DNA of 63,609 nt, filler included, from Dimorphilus gyrociliatus (Eukaryota; Animalia; Annelida), in assembly GCA_904063045.1 (NCBI GenBank). It is 5 parts of 5 records of this genome, joined end to end, with 100 filler letters (N's around TTAATTAATTAA, not from the genome) between each part and the next. Parts side by side here need not be neighbours in the genome. Positions count along the whole stretch, not along the records: positions 49,821 to 57,368 come from CAJFCJ010000247.1; positions 57,469 to 63,609 come from CAJFCJ010000199.1; 3 more parts are not named here. One strand, 5' to 3'. The notes beneath the pieces were generated by a model. The model saw only the letters and a program-made list of their open reading frames with translations, made no database searches and was not told the DNA's origin. The position numbers were made by a program, and so were the translations under genes. Positions 50,790 through 63,258 of the stretch are shown here, one piece after another. Every line of letters starts with the position of its first letter. Position 1 is the first letter of the stretch.

Positions 50790-53700
50790 TGCTGCATATC
50801 ATTGAGATTCCTGATTCATTAGGATTCCTACCAAATTACCATAAAATTTTCAAAAGTTTATTATTTTAACCCCTATTTTACGGGTTTCTACATATACCAT
50901 TAGGATTCCTACCAATTTACCATGATATTTTTTTCAATAAATAGGAATTTTTAGTTAAATTTTTTTTCTTCAACACTGATTCATTAGGATTCTACTAATT
51001 TAATAGGAATTTTCAAAAATCCATTTTAATATAAAAATAACAGTTTTAGATAAATAAAACATGATTATACTATAGAAATAGTATTGATATCCGTTTTATA
51101 AAAATCAAAAGCAGTAAAATATTATTATAAATAAAAGTTTTAATTTTGGTTGTTTCGAGAAATATACCTTTTTAACCTATTAACATGAACAAATTTCTCT
51201 AAATCACCCCCACATTATTGAAGCAATGTTGTCTCTCAATGTTACTATAGTACATATTTCTCTATAATATAATGAATCCAACATGTTTCTTCGTGTTTCA
51301 ATATTCATGTCAAAATATTTAGATAATAATATTATTTCCCTACAACCACTCGTCTCTGATTAATTCTATTATTATGTTCATAAACAAATTTATGATATTG
51401 TTTCTAATGTTACTTTTTTCCAAGTTAGCCTCTATTATTGAAGTATTAGGTGTGTTTATCGCTCCTTTATAAATAAAAAAGGGTGTGTATTTAGTAGCTC
51501 TGTGTTGTGAGTTATTATATTCAAATAATTTTTTTTAATCTACCTATATATCTATTGTTGTTATTTGATAATGAACTTCGTATTTTTTCTTTCAAAGTTT
51601 TATTAAAACGCTCAATCTGTCCTTGTGATTGAGGATGCGTAGGTCTTCTATGAACTATCTCAATCCTCCATTTACTATATATCAATACCACTTCCTGGTT
51701 TACAAACTCTCCTTCGTTATCTGAATGTAAAATATCAAATTTACCTTCACTATGGAGAAAATCATTTAATTTTTTTTGAAGGTTGTTGCACTTTTATCTT
51801 TTCAGGGAAAGAAAATTCAAATTTGCTAAATGTTTCTATGAAATCAAGCAGGTATCTATAACTATCATTGTCTGATTTATACCTTGACAAATCAACTAAA
51901 TCCACCATTATTTCCTATCTAAAATACTCTGGGACGATACAAGTTATTGTATTTACTTCATTCTTTCTTTTGTTCTGCTGACATTTTTCACAATATGAAA
52001 CAAAATTTCGTATTTAATCACTCTTTATACCAAGATAAGATTGACTCAGGTTATTTCTAATAGATATGCCCCAGAATGACCATCGCCATACTCTCTGTAT
52101 TATTTCGGGTATTTTTAGAAGTTCATAAGAAGGAACTACCTCTCTATTTAAACCACCATTAGTATAAAATATTTTACCATTAACATATCTTAAATATTTA
52201 ACTTTCTTCAAAAAAAATTATTTTTTGGTTTCTTTAGTTAAATTAGGGACTGTATTATTAGTTAATTATCCTACTAACTGGTCTTGTTCTTCAATAGAGT
52301 AAATTTTAATTTGTTTTACCATTATGGATAAATATTTTTTAAGTTTGATATAATAAAGAAATAAAAATGTTATTACTTTTAATTTTAATAACATACATAG
52401 TAATACTATTTTTATAGTATAATCTTGCTTTATGTGTCGAAAATTGTTATTTTTATATTAAGATAGATTTTTTAAAATTTATAGGGGTTTCCGATCTCCT
52501 TTCACATTTTGCAGCCAAGTTTCATATTGCTTCAACCAACTTTCCTTAATTTTTAATAAATTGAAAATTGACCCCTAAAAAACTTCTATTTGCATCCACT
52601 TTCACATTCTGGCAATCAATTTTCATATTCTTTCAACCAACTTTCCACATTTTCTAATTAATAAAAAATTTAAATATAAAAAAAATTTAATTAATTTATT
52701 CAAAAATTTGTTCTTTACGCTCAGCCTTTATTATGTAATTTAACATCTTCCTATAATAACTATTACAGTCTAAATCAGTAATTTTACTAAAACCTGTGGT
52801 TATCAAATGATTTAACTCTACTTCGTTATTGGCAGATCCTCTTATAACGAAATTTTTCCACTTAGAAAAACAGTTTTCAATTGGGTTTAAAGTTGGTGAA
52901 TACGGTGGTAATACTGGACATTTAAATTATTTTCTATTATAACGTCTTTTACACCAGAGAAATGATGTATTCTTGCATTGTCCATTATTAAAAGCGGAGT
53001 CATAATGCCCATTTCGTTGCATTTTCAACTAAATCCACTAAAAGAGCTTTGAAGTCAGATCCCAGTGATCGGTCTATCGAAAATTTTATTCATGACCATT
53101 CCATTTTTGGTCATTGCAGCAAAAACGGAAATGTTCCTTGTCCTTGCTGCTGGAACACTAATGAATGCTGAATCGCCTGATCTAGACCTTCCTTTTTTAG
53201 GTCTTGACGAAACAGAAAAGTCCACTTCATCCATGAAAACAATATGTTCAGAACCAAATGCGGCTTCGTGCTCCCTGAAAACACTGAATAATCATATCTC
53301 TTCGTGATCGTCGAAGGATTATTCCAGCTAGCTGGACAGGTACTGCCCTTTTCATTGTGTAATGAAAAGATCTAATTACTCGGTCAATAGTACTAGTTGA
53401 AATACTTATTGACCAAGTATCTTGTACCTTTCGCCTTAGTTCTTTTAGTGAGATTAGACAGTTTTGGTCTATCCAACTCAAAATTTGGCTTTTTTGGGCT
53501 GGTGAGAATTTGGACCTTCGATCACCTCCACGGGATTTTAAAAGAATATTCCCGGTTTTCTGATAATTGTTGACTATTTTAGAACCGCACTATAGTTCAA
53601 CTCTAATGCATCTGAAATGTCTTTAGTCGACAATCCAGCGAGAAATTTATTTTTTATTTTCTCTCTCTGTTCATTAGAAATTTTTTTGTACTCCCTTGCC

Positions 53701-54479
53701 ATTTTAAAATGTAAATTCTCCGAGCTTATATACTTTTTTTTTCCAAAAAGGAGAAGGGCGGGATTGTACTCCTTTATTTTGAGTAATTTGTATGGATAGA
53801 TAGACTCCCCTTTTTAAAAGTTTCACACCCATTAATGGTTAATTGCAGATGTATCCACAAGTAAAACATTGCATAATTTTTTAAATACTATTGTAGATAT
53901 GAAGGTACGGGTAATATGGTAATGCAATACTTATGAGCGATACGGCTTACACTTTCGCCTAACATAGAAGAAATGTTAAAATTGTTAAAAAAAAAACTAA
54001 TTTGTCCTTTTTGATATATGATTTTTACAAAAAAAATGGAAGTGGTTTCATAATACAAGAATATAAATTAAATTTTTTATTAATTAGAAAATGTGGAAAG
54101 TTGGTTGAAAGAATATGAAAATTGATTGCCAGAATGTGAAAGTGGATGCAAATAGAAGTTTTTTTAGGGGTCAATTTTCAATTTATTAAAAATTAAGGAA
54201 AGTTGGTTGAAACAATATGAAACTTGGCTGCAAAAATGTGAAAGGAGATCGGAACCCCCTATATATTGAATTAGTGGAATCCTAACAAGTCAATGTTGCA
54301 GAAAAAAAATTTAACTAAAAAATCCTATTTATTGAAAAAAATATAATGGTAAATTGGTAGAAACCTTAATGGTATACGTAGAAAAACGCAAAATAAGGAG
54401 TAAAATAATAAATTTTCGGAAATGTTATGGTAATTTGGTAGGAATCCTAATGAATCAGGTACCTCGATGATATTCAACA
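50790..54479 (-). mobile_element. Ginger-like DNA transposon: Gypsy-type integrase with long TIRs and no RT
   Basis: Termini TGCTG../..CAACA, flanks TTAC/TTAT (4-bp TSD-like), about 300-bp TIRs; relic at about 51400-52300: YCEKCQQ..IMVDLVD..TFSKF..LHSDNEGEF..PQSQGQIERFNKTLK. Confidence 0.82.
52484..54259 (-). mobile_element. IS630/Tc1-family element (about 1.78 kb, about 195-bp TIRs, TA TSD) inside the Ginger right TIR
   Basis: ggggtttccgatctcc / ggagatcggaaccccc flanked by TA; MAREYKK..RGGDRRSK..FMDEVDF..IMDNARIHH..PPYSPTLNPIEN with frameshifts. Confidence 0.9.
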
Positions 54480-55399
54480 TTATTATTATACCGTTTCATC
54501 TGATATATCTTTTCATTACACGTCAAGTGTTTTCGATTGCTGTATATTTGCTCTTGTATATGGATCTATAAAATCATATCATGATTTACTGTATCATGTA
54601 TATATCCTAAGTTGGTTAAGTCTATGTAACCAGACCATTTATAAGCATAGATGATTGATTATCTATGCACATACCTTGTAATTATATTATTGATGTATTT
54701 TTTTCTATCTGTAGCCTCAACAAAAAAGCATTTTTTGTATAGATATCTATGCCACTTATTTCGGAGCATTCTGCCTACATTATATTTTCTCTTTGAAAAA
54801 AAGACTCTCATCAATTTGTACTATACTTCCTGGCCTCCTATTACATCGTTCATCTCTGTGAGCATATATTCATATATTTTTTCGTCTAATATCTTACTCC
54901 AGGCAATTACTGATTTAGGTGAAATTTCTCTCTTATTAATTTATTTTTTATTTCGTAATAGATAAGATCGAAAATAGATTTAATTTTATATTTTTATTTT
55001 GAAAATAGTATTTTCGAGTAGGATGATTCTTTTTTCCATTTACTACATTTATACCTATGGGGTTTTATATATTTTATAAACATGCTTTATAACCACAATT
55101 AGGACACTGTTTGGCAAGATATAAGTCTTTTTTTAAATAAAAAATCAACTGTTCTTTCGCTGAAATTGTAGCAATTACTAATTCTCTATGATTCATTCCC
55201 TAGTAAAATGAATTATACTTTATTTTGCAAGATTACAAAAAAAACTTTTTCTAGAGATTTTAACTCCTTTTCTTTAATTACTTCATTTTCAAAAAAATAT
55301 TACCTTTGATCGAAGAGGATCCGAAGTTCAAAGTTACCGAAAGTTGAGAGTTTATGTTAATCTCAAAATTCTATCTGGAAAGGGATTACACTTCATATA

Positions 55400-55961
55400 C
55401 AGTGTGATAACAAAAAAAATGGACACCCTATTTTTTATTAAAAGTCCTGCTTATAGGAGATATAAAAGTAGATTGTTATATTACTAAAGACTGTATTTTA
55501 ATAAAATTAGCATTTTAATGATTATTTGAATTTGATATTGACTAAAATTGTAAGTTGATCAATTTTTTTTGAGACTGTTAAGAAAAAAACTGACAACTTT
55601 TTATTTATCAATATGGCCACCTTTTGCTTTATAACCAATATACTCTTTTTTTTAAAAAAACCTAACGCCCCTGACACACACTATTTCAATCTTTGATTCT
55701 TCTTTTGATTTGAATATCTTTTTTCCGATTTTTCTTTTTATCAGCCCTAAATATTCTCTATTGGATTGCAATCTACAGATTGAGCAGGCCAATCTTTTAC
55801 TCTAATATTATTTTTTATGAAAAACTCTTCAGCCAACTTGCTAATGTTTTTGGGATCATTATCCTGAACAAAAATATAGCTGGATAGTCCCATTTTGGTA
55901 GCTGAATCAAATAAACAAGAGCTTAGCATATTTAATAATAGTCAGTATCCATTTTTACATA
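55400..55961 (-). mobile_element. 3' end of a Tc1 element, interrupted by a related copy
   Basis: TA-cagtgtgataacaaaaaaaatggacaccc terminus; QDNDPKN..WPAQSVDCNPIENI on the minus strand. Confidence 0.8.
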
Positions 55962-57368
55962 CAGTGTTTAAAAAAATGGGATACCCTATTTTTTGAATAA
56001 ATGTTTCTAAATTTAAGCTCAAAAAAATTAACCTTTCATATAAATATTATTTTAATACATTTTAAACTCTGCATATTCTTGAAATTTTTCAAAATTGATA
56101 AAGTTATGTTTTACTGATATCTAAAAAAAAGTGTTAAAAAAAATGGGAACCTTGCCTATACATTTCCCCTCCACTCTCAACTAAATATTATAAAGTTTTA
56201 TACCCTTCCATGGGTGTACATTATACAATCGAGTGAAAAGGAGAGGTATTAGAATTAAAAAGCAGGTTACTCAATTAGGAAATATCTGATATCTTACCTA
56301 TACCTCGATCTTGCATACATAATATAATAAAAAACAGGGAAACAGGTAATACAAAACATTAATGCAACAATAGCAAGCCTAGTAATCAAAATGGAGATAG
56401 CAGCCCATTTGATATAAAAGGTGAAAAGATAACAAAGTTTCGTGTAGAAAGATCGTTGATACAGTAAAAACGAAGTAATATGTTCACATGTTTCTATTGA
56501 AATTATTCAAAAATTTAACTACTTTCTGTAAACCCACTAAAAAAGCCTCTATTAAGCCCACGACACATCTCAGCTAGATATGAAGCTAGTAAGAGATGGA
56601 TAAAATTGCCCATATCGAAATAAAAAGGATGGTTTTTAGTGATGAATCAAAGTTAACCTACAAATCCCGATGTAAAGTAAAATATTGGGAAACCTAGTGC
56701 TAGTTATGAAGTTCGAATATAAAAAAAAATTTAAAATTTGGAGATGGTTCAGTAATGGTGTGGGTGTTTTTGATATTATGAGTGGGTGAATAGTATTTAT
56801 AGATGTAAAATGGATGCTCTTTATTATGTAACATGCTTAGCTCAAGTTTATTCAATTCCGTAGAGAAAATGAAGCTGATCAACTTTAGATTTATCCAGAT
56901 AACGACCTAAAGCATACGAGTAAACTGGCTAAAGAGTTTTTTACTGAAAATAACATTTTAGTAGAGTCATGGCCTGCTCATCCCCCTATTGCGAACCTTT
57001 GGGGATTATTAAGTCAAGTATCGGGAATAAAATCTTTAAAAACAAAAAAGATTTGAAGTTAGCAATAAGAAGGGAATGGGAGAGTATACTAATAGAAAGT
57101 GTCAAAAACTAGCATTATCATTTAAAAAAGAGCTTTATCTCTTTATAGAGCAAAAGTGGCTATATAGAAAAATAAATTACTGTGTCCAATTTTTTTTAAA
57201 CACTTTTTTTTTATATTAGTAAAAATATAAGCTTTATCAGATTTTAAAAAATTTAAAGCGTATCAAAGTGTTTACAAGTGTATCAAAATAACATTTATAT
57301 GAAAGGTTTATTTTTAAAGTTTAAATTTAGATATATTTATTCAAAAAATAGGGTGTCCCATGTTTTTT
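55962..57368 (+). mobile_element. Tc1 element, decayed; right TIR truncated by the contig end
   Basis: TA-cagtgtttaaaaaaatgggataccc; FSDESK, GDGSVMVW, DNDLKHTSKLAKEFF..WPA..NLWG; inverted terminus tagggtgtcccatg at 57349-57362. Confidence 0.85.
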
Positions 57369-57468
57369 NNNNNNNNNNNNNNNNNNNNNNNNNNNNNNNN
57401 NNNNNNNNNNNNTTAATTAATTAANNNNNNNNNNNNNNNNNNNNNNNNNNNNNNNNNNNNNNNNNNNN
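57369..57468. other. Artificial contig linker
   Basis: N44-TTAATTAATTAA-N44. Confidence 0.98.
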
Positions 57469-58279
57469 AAAATAGTGAATGGGTTTTGATGCTAGTCTCT
57501 TTAAAAATTGAAAATTATCTATAGTTTTCTGCCATTTCTACCCTTTAAGAATCTATTGAATAAAAAAGTAACAAACTATAGGCTTACAAAAAAATCAATA
57601 GTTTAAAAACTCTCCAATAGCCATAAGAAATAGATGGATAAAGCAAGCAGCGATGTGTATCTTTACAAGCAGGATAATTTCAATATATATAAAATACATT
57701 CAGAAACCACAGTTTCCCCAATAGATAACAATAAGATATTGAAACTATAATGGTTGCTATGAACAATTGAGAAACTACTAGAATTAGATTTCCTATGTTA
57801 CCAGTTGAAAGCTGTTGTATAACTTTATAGTTCAATGTTCAAAATCTAGAGATAATTAATTAGAAAACTGCATGGAATTTTTGTAAAAATGGTACTGTTT
57901 CATATGAGATACATCCATATGCTGCTTTGAGACTAATGGCAAGCGTTAGATACATTGTCAATAAAAATTTGATATTCTCAATCATTTCAAGAAGAAGGAA
58001 TGTTTTTGTGAACATTGAAATTTGTGAACTATCAACCCTTGAAAGAGTTTTTAAACCCTACGAAATTAATAGTTGATAATTCAGTTCTCTGAATATTATT
58101 GCTTTATTTTTAAAACGTTACACTGTAGGCCTATATTTTTATCATTAATAGAAAGTACATTGATTAATGTACTGTCACTAAAAATTTTCTCGACTTACAA
58201 GCCCTGGTTGAAAAGTTATTGAGACTTAAGTTGTGGCATGGTATGGATGACGGTATAAATCAGAGAGTAATTATTCTGG

Positions 58280-58600
58280 ACTTTCTAAATGAATGTTGGA
58301 AAGAGAGAAATAAAAATAATATTTACAATTAAGGGATAATAGATTCCTCCAATCCATTCATTAGCCAAAATCAACTGAACATACTTGGATTAACTAAATG
58401 AATGTTGGAGATTAGCTATAAGGTATAAATGTGCAATTTACTTTATCAAATATTTTCCTTTCAATTTTCTTATCTATACTTATTAAAATATAGCTTATTG
58501 GTTTAGGGTACCCTTAACAAATTCATTATAAGCCATACTTCCAATCCATTCATTAACCAAAAGCAAACTTTCTGGTATCAACTAAATGAATGTTAGAAAA
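58280..58600. repeat. Degenerate local direct repeats
   Basis: ctaaatgaatgtt occurs three times; tccaatccattcatta occurs twice. Confidence 0.6.
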
Positions 58601-59148
58601 AGATTTAACAAATATAGATTCCTTCCATTCTACCACGTACAATTCTATTATACATATATGTAGCAATGCAGGTATGCACATGGGCATATAAAATTCTTGC
58701 AAACAAATGCAACGAATTTAGCATTATCTATAGAACTATATTAGTCTTACTTTAATCACTTTAGAACATTTATTTAGCCACCAGCTAAAGAGTATCAAAA
58801 GGTCAAACTCAACTATTGTTGACTTTTGGACCAGTTCCAATTTATCACTTTCAATGGTTAAATTGAATGTTACCAAAATTGTTACATCTTACAAAAGAAG
58901 CTGACCATCTAAATTTATCTGACCTAATTACTCAGGATGAATGAAATCAATTAAAGGTGGAACCATTTTTAGAACTTTCAATTGTGTTAAAATGTTACTT
59001 TTTTTTACTTTTCTACTTCCAAAAGGTAAAATTTTTTTATACACTAACACATAAGAATCTCTATCAATAAATAAAACATTTTTTATCTGAAGAGAATTTT
59101 TTTCAGTAAAATTCTCAAACCTCTCACAATTTGTATGTTAATTGTAAT

Positions 59149-59207
59149 AGACCCTGAAGAGTCCCAGATTTCAAAATACAGAGAGGGGGACGAAACCATG
59201 GTAGGTT
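59149..59207 (+). ncRNA. Type I hammerhead ribozyme with palindromic helix III (Penelope-like/retrozyme type)
   Basis: gacc-CTGAAGA(59154-60)-GTCCC-21 nt-GGGAC-GAA-ACCATGGT-A^-ggtt: all core nucleotides present, 5-bp helix II with G10.1-C11.1, GUA cleavage triplet, 4-bp helix I. Confidence 0.85.
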
Positions 59208-59740
59208 GAGTGGGTAGGAAATCATAAAAAATTTCAGAAAAAAATTTTTCTTTTGGAAATTGTTTTAAATGTCGATTTTGGTGTATTTTTTCTTTGACCA
59301 CTTACCAAAATCATTTGGGACTCTTGATGTGTGAGAATTCTGTTTCTCTTTTTTGATTTAATCAAAAACAAACCTTTTGCAAACCTTTCCTAAGCCTGTA
59401 CATAGATAAGTGGTATATATTAGTATAGTATGAGCATCAAATATAAAAAAAAATTGTACAATACAACTGAAACTATTTTATTTTAATAATTAAACCAATA
59501 AAATATTTGTTAGGATATTAAAGTTTTAAAGATTATCAGTCATCTAGATATTATTCTTTTGGATTTATAGTGCCAATGAGGTTTTATCTACTGCATTAAT
59601 TTTCCATTCCTTTTTTCCCTTTCATCATTTAAACATTGTATAATTCTAAGTAACTGTGCATGTTAATTGTTAGATAAATTATAAAGTGATACTGATGTTC
59701 TCTTTATGTCTACAAACAGTATCAGTATCAACTGTATCTT

Positions 59741-60684
59741 TTAAATAACTTTAAATACAAGTAGCAATACTTGTTTATCATCATCCAAGTAATCTATAAT
59801 TTGACGCTCTTTTTCTTCAATAAAACCATCCTTTGCCAATTGTTTCAACTTTTCTTGAATTCCATCCCAATATTCAGGTGAATTTTCTAGGTAAAAGTAA
59901 GTATTTGCTATCACAGCAAAACCACCTTCATCAAAAAAGCAATATGTATTTTTTTTATCTACTATTATATAAAAAATATTGAATATTGTTAGATTAACCT
60001 TTTTTAACGATCCTTACAATCTCATCAAACCCATTAGGTGGAAAATGACCATAAGCCAGTCCTCCAAGCATTGTACATAGATCATAAGTGTCTAAAGAAA
60101 AAAAATTATTAAAAGTCATTTTTCTTAAAAGAGATCAAATAAAATTTCTAAACTGTCTTTAATTTCATTGATGGGCTCTTCTGTTATAAATTTTTGAAAG
60201 ATATTTCTATAGCCTTTAAATCCATTTTCAATCATACTTTTTGAAGGTTCAATAGCATCAACATTCTTATAATTTTGGTTAAGCAACTTCAAAAAGATAC
60301 AATAATTAAAGTAAATAAAATATTGTACACTGTATTACTACATTATTACAGATCAATAATTTACCTCTCTGCCAACTCGACCAGTTCCAGAACAAGCATC
60401 AACTATAACACAGTTCCTGTCACTATTATATTTAATGGCTGTCTTTACACAAACTTCAACAGGAAAGAACAGGGTTTCTGTCAACTGGAATAAAAGATTT
60501 TATATTTGTTAAAGTAATTGATATGGACAGCAAAACAAATACAAAATATAACATTTCTACATTTAATATTACTTACATTTTCATAAATACCAGCACATGA
60601 TTCATAAAAACTTGAAACTTCTTGAACAGAATTTTTTGGATTTATTAAGAATCCCATAGCCTTTTTAAGGTCTAATTCATCCAT
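59741..60684 (-). CDS. Class I SAM-dependent methyltransferase, METTL27/WBSCR27-like, 5 exons, apparently intact
   Basis: FYESCAGIYEN / VIVDACSGTGRVGRE / VDAIEPSKSM / TYDLC..GHFPP..EIVRIVKK / GGFAVI; GT-AG introns in phase; TAA at 59741. Confidence 0.85.
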
Positions 60685-61137
60685 CTTAGGTTTTATGACA
60701 ATTTACTGCAAAAAAACATGAAAAAAGATAACAATTACAAATATGCTTTATTTTATTACAAACATTAGATATAGAAAGTTTTATAATCTACCTCAACTTA
60801 GATTGACAAATAGAGGTGTCGACAAATATTTCAGCACTGTATACCCAAAAAACTGGTTTTATCTGCTAAAAATAGTCTATTAAATGGGTTCTATTATATG
60901 ATTTTAGTTCAATCCACAGTATTAAAGAATGATACATTTCGAAATAGAAATAGGCTGACTGGTAACTGGTTTTTATAAATAGTCCTTTGAATTGTGAGAA
61001 TTTGAAAGGTTCATGGTTAATAGTTTAGGTGCTCTATATAAAAAGCCTGTCTTTAAAATATATTTCACTTAAAAATTTTCAGTGATACAGTATTTAAGTT
61101 GAGTTTTACCACGTATCTTAATTTTCCCTGTGAAAAA

Positions 61138-63258
61138 ATGAAATTCAACTTAGAAAAATATTTTAGGAATGGTGATTTTTGGAATCTTGATATTCCAGAT
61201 ACATCAGTTAGTATTGAAAATTCACAACAAAACTTTTGATGACCACTTTTTTTAGTTTAGCCTTTCAGCATATTTTGAACCTTGGGAAAAACTTGCATCA
61301 AATTTGTCCAAATTATTGACTTCAAAATTCTTGAGGAAGGAAGTTGAAAATGTAGGATTTTTTTTCTCATTATTTACAATCAAAATTACTGTCATAATTT
61401 TAAAGTTATCTAAAAGTTACAATATTTTTAGTTGGAAAAACTAGATTATAAAAGATTGAAATCAAAATCAGAAAAAATGAGAGCACATTTACAGCTTACT
61501 ATGATAAGTCATGGATATGTGTGGCAGGATGGAGAAGATTCTCCAGCGAAAATTCTACCAGCCCAATTAGCTATCCCTTGGCATTGGTTGTGCAAGGAGC
61601 TAGGAATGAAACCTGTTCTATCTTTTCCATTCTATGTTCAATCTAATTGGGTTAAAATTGACAAGAATGGGTAAAAATAATTTTTTCTTACATAATCTTT
61701 TAATGAAAATTATATATTTCAGGCCTTTGGAATACAGGTAGTGCAATAAAATTTATTAAATATTAATATTTATTTTTTGTGAGTTTGTTTTCAGCAATTT
61801 AAAATCAATTTATAACTTTACAAGTACAAAAGATGAAGAAGCATTCATTTTGTTAACAGTAATTATCGAAAATCGATTACAAAAAGCTATTAGAGTTAGT
61901 GAAAATAAATATTAAATAGGTTTTGTATTACAAACTCTATTTCTCTTAGTTTCTGATTGATGCAATGAACTCGGAATCTGAACCAATGATTATTGATGCT
62001 TTAGATATTACAATAGAAGAAATTGAAAAATGTATTGAAGATTTCAAGATGCTGAATAGTATAATTAATTTTAAATCCATTAACTAATAGATTAAATTCT
62101 TTGTTTCTGCAGAGGATTGCAGTCCTGATTTCTTTTTTCTAAGTTTAAGGCCATATCTACTTGGGTAAATTATTAAATAATTTCTCTTTAAAAAAAAAAG
62201 GTTTTTTCTTCAGTTGGGGATTTAATGACTCACTTAAAGAAGGTCTCATCTTTGAAGAAGTACAAGAAGCACCAATAAAAGCTAAAGGTGGAAGTGGTGC
62301 CCAATCACCTGAATTGCAAATAATTGATATTCTGTTGTCAATTGAACATGAACCTCGTAGATGAGAAGCAATTGTTATTTAGAAACAATTAAAAAATTAA
62401 ACATCTCTTTTTTATAGGTCAGAAAGCTTTTTGTGATGATTCAAGAAGTCATATGTTACCAGTACAAAGAAACTTCATAAATGAACTAGAGAAAACCAAT
62501 GGTATAAGAAGCTTTGGTAAATGTTAAATAGTTTTGACTAAGATACATAAAATTTCTCCAGAATTAAAAAGTTTTACATATTTTTCATTAGTGACAAATT
62601 CAGAATCAAAAGACCTTAAAGAAAAGTACAATGCTGCTTTAGATAAACTTGCTGCTTTGAGGAGCTACCACTTAAGAATTTGTGCAAGGTAATATACAGT
62701 GCAAGAAGGACAATTTTGTACATCGATTTAATACAAATATTACTTTTTTAGTAAATTCATAAATCTTTTACTTGTGATATAGATTTATTTTTAGATAGAT
62801 AAATCTATTTATTTTAATGATCTGTAATCGAATTTTACATTTCTTTAATAAGTAATGTAAAAAAAAACTCATTGTTCTTAAAATACCTTATTTTTTGTTC
62901 AAAAGTTATGAATGAAATAATGAGCCAAAAAAAATGATGTACAAAATTTTGCTTCATGCACTTATCAAATTCCATTGAATTTACTATATATATTATTATA
63001 TTCAAAAGATACGTCATTCAAATGCATCATAAACATAAGAAATCTTCAACATATACTGGAACAGTTGGAACAGATGGAAAAGGTGAAGTATTCAAAATTT
63101 TTAAGTATTTTCTAAAGATTTATAATTTTTTATGTAGACATTGTGCCTTTCTTAAAAGTTATGAGAAATTCTACACAAGGAAAAAAAATATAAATAATTT
63201 AATAAATGGATGTTTTCTGTCCATCTGTGGACATTTTTTTTGTCAGCCCCAGCTTTGA
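61138..63258 (+). CDS. IDO: Indoleamine 2,3-dioxygenase family protein, about 11 exons; exact 3' end uncertain
   Basis: YFEPWEKLA, RAHLQL..HGYVW, LAIPW..LGMKPVL..NW, FF..LRPYL.GW, GGSGAQS, RSYHL (proximal His); short GT-AG introns. Confidence 0.9.

Larger units (their letters stand above)
50552..55338 (-). mobile_element. Merlin (ISXO2/IS1595-like) DNA transposon, decayed, interrupted by the Ginger-like element
   Basis: Inverted repeats about 50552-50690 and 55200-55338 (ggtaactttgaacttcggatcctcttcgatc); relic CPNC..KCSK; GG-PGSIVQIDESLFSKRKYNVGR; GYIHDTVNH; IENT*RVMK. C-terminus ARFLFKKKYGNEAFIKLL lies at 50705-50785, on the other side of the insertion. Confidence 0.85.

Noticed and set aside
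59087-59125. Second CTGAAGA plus hairpin just upstream of the hammerhead
   Set aside because: Followed by TCAAAC rather than GAAAC and no helix III; explained equally well as a plain 9-bp hairpin.
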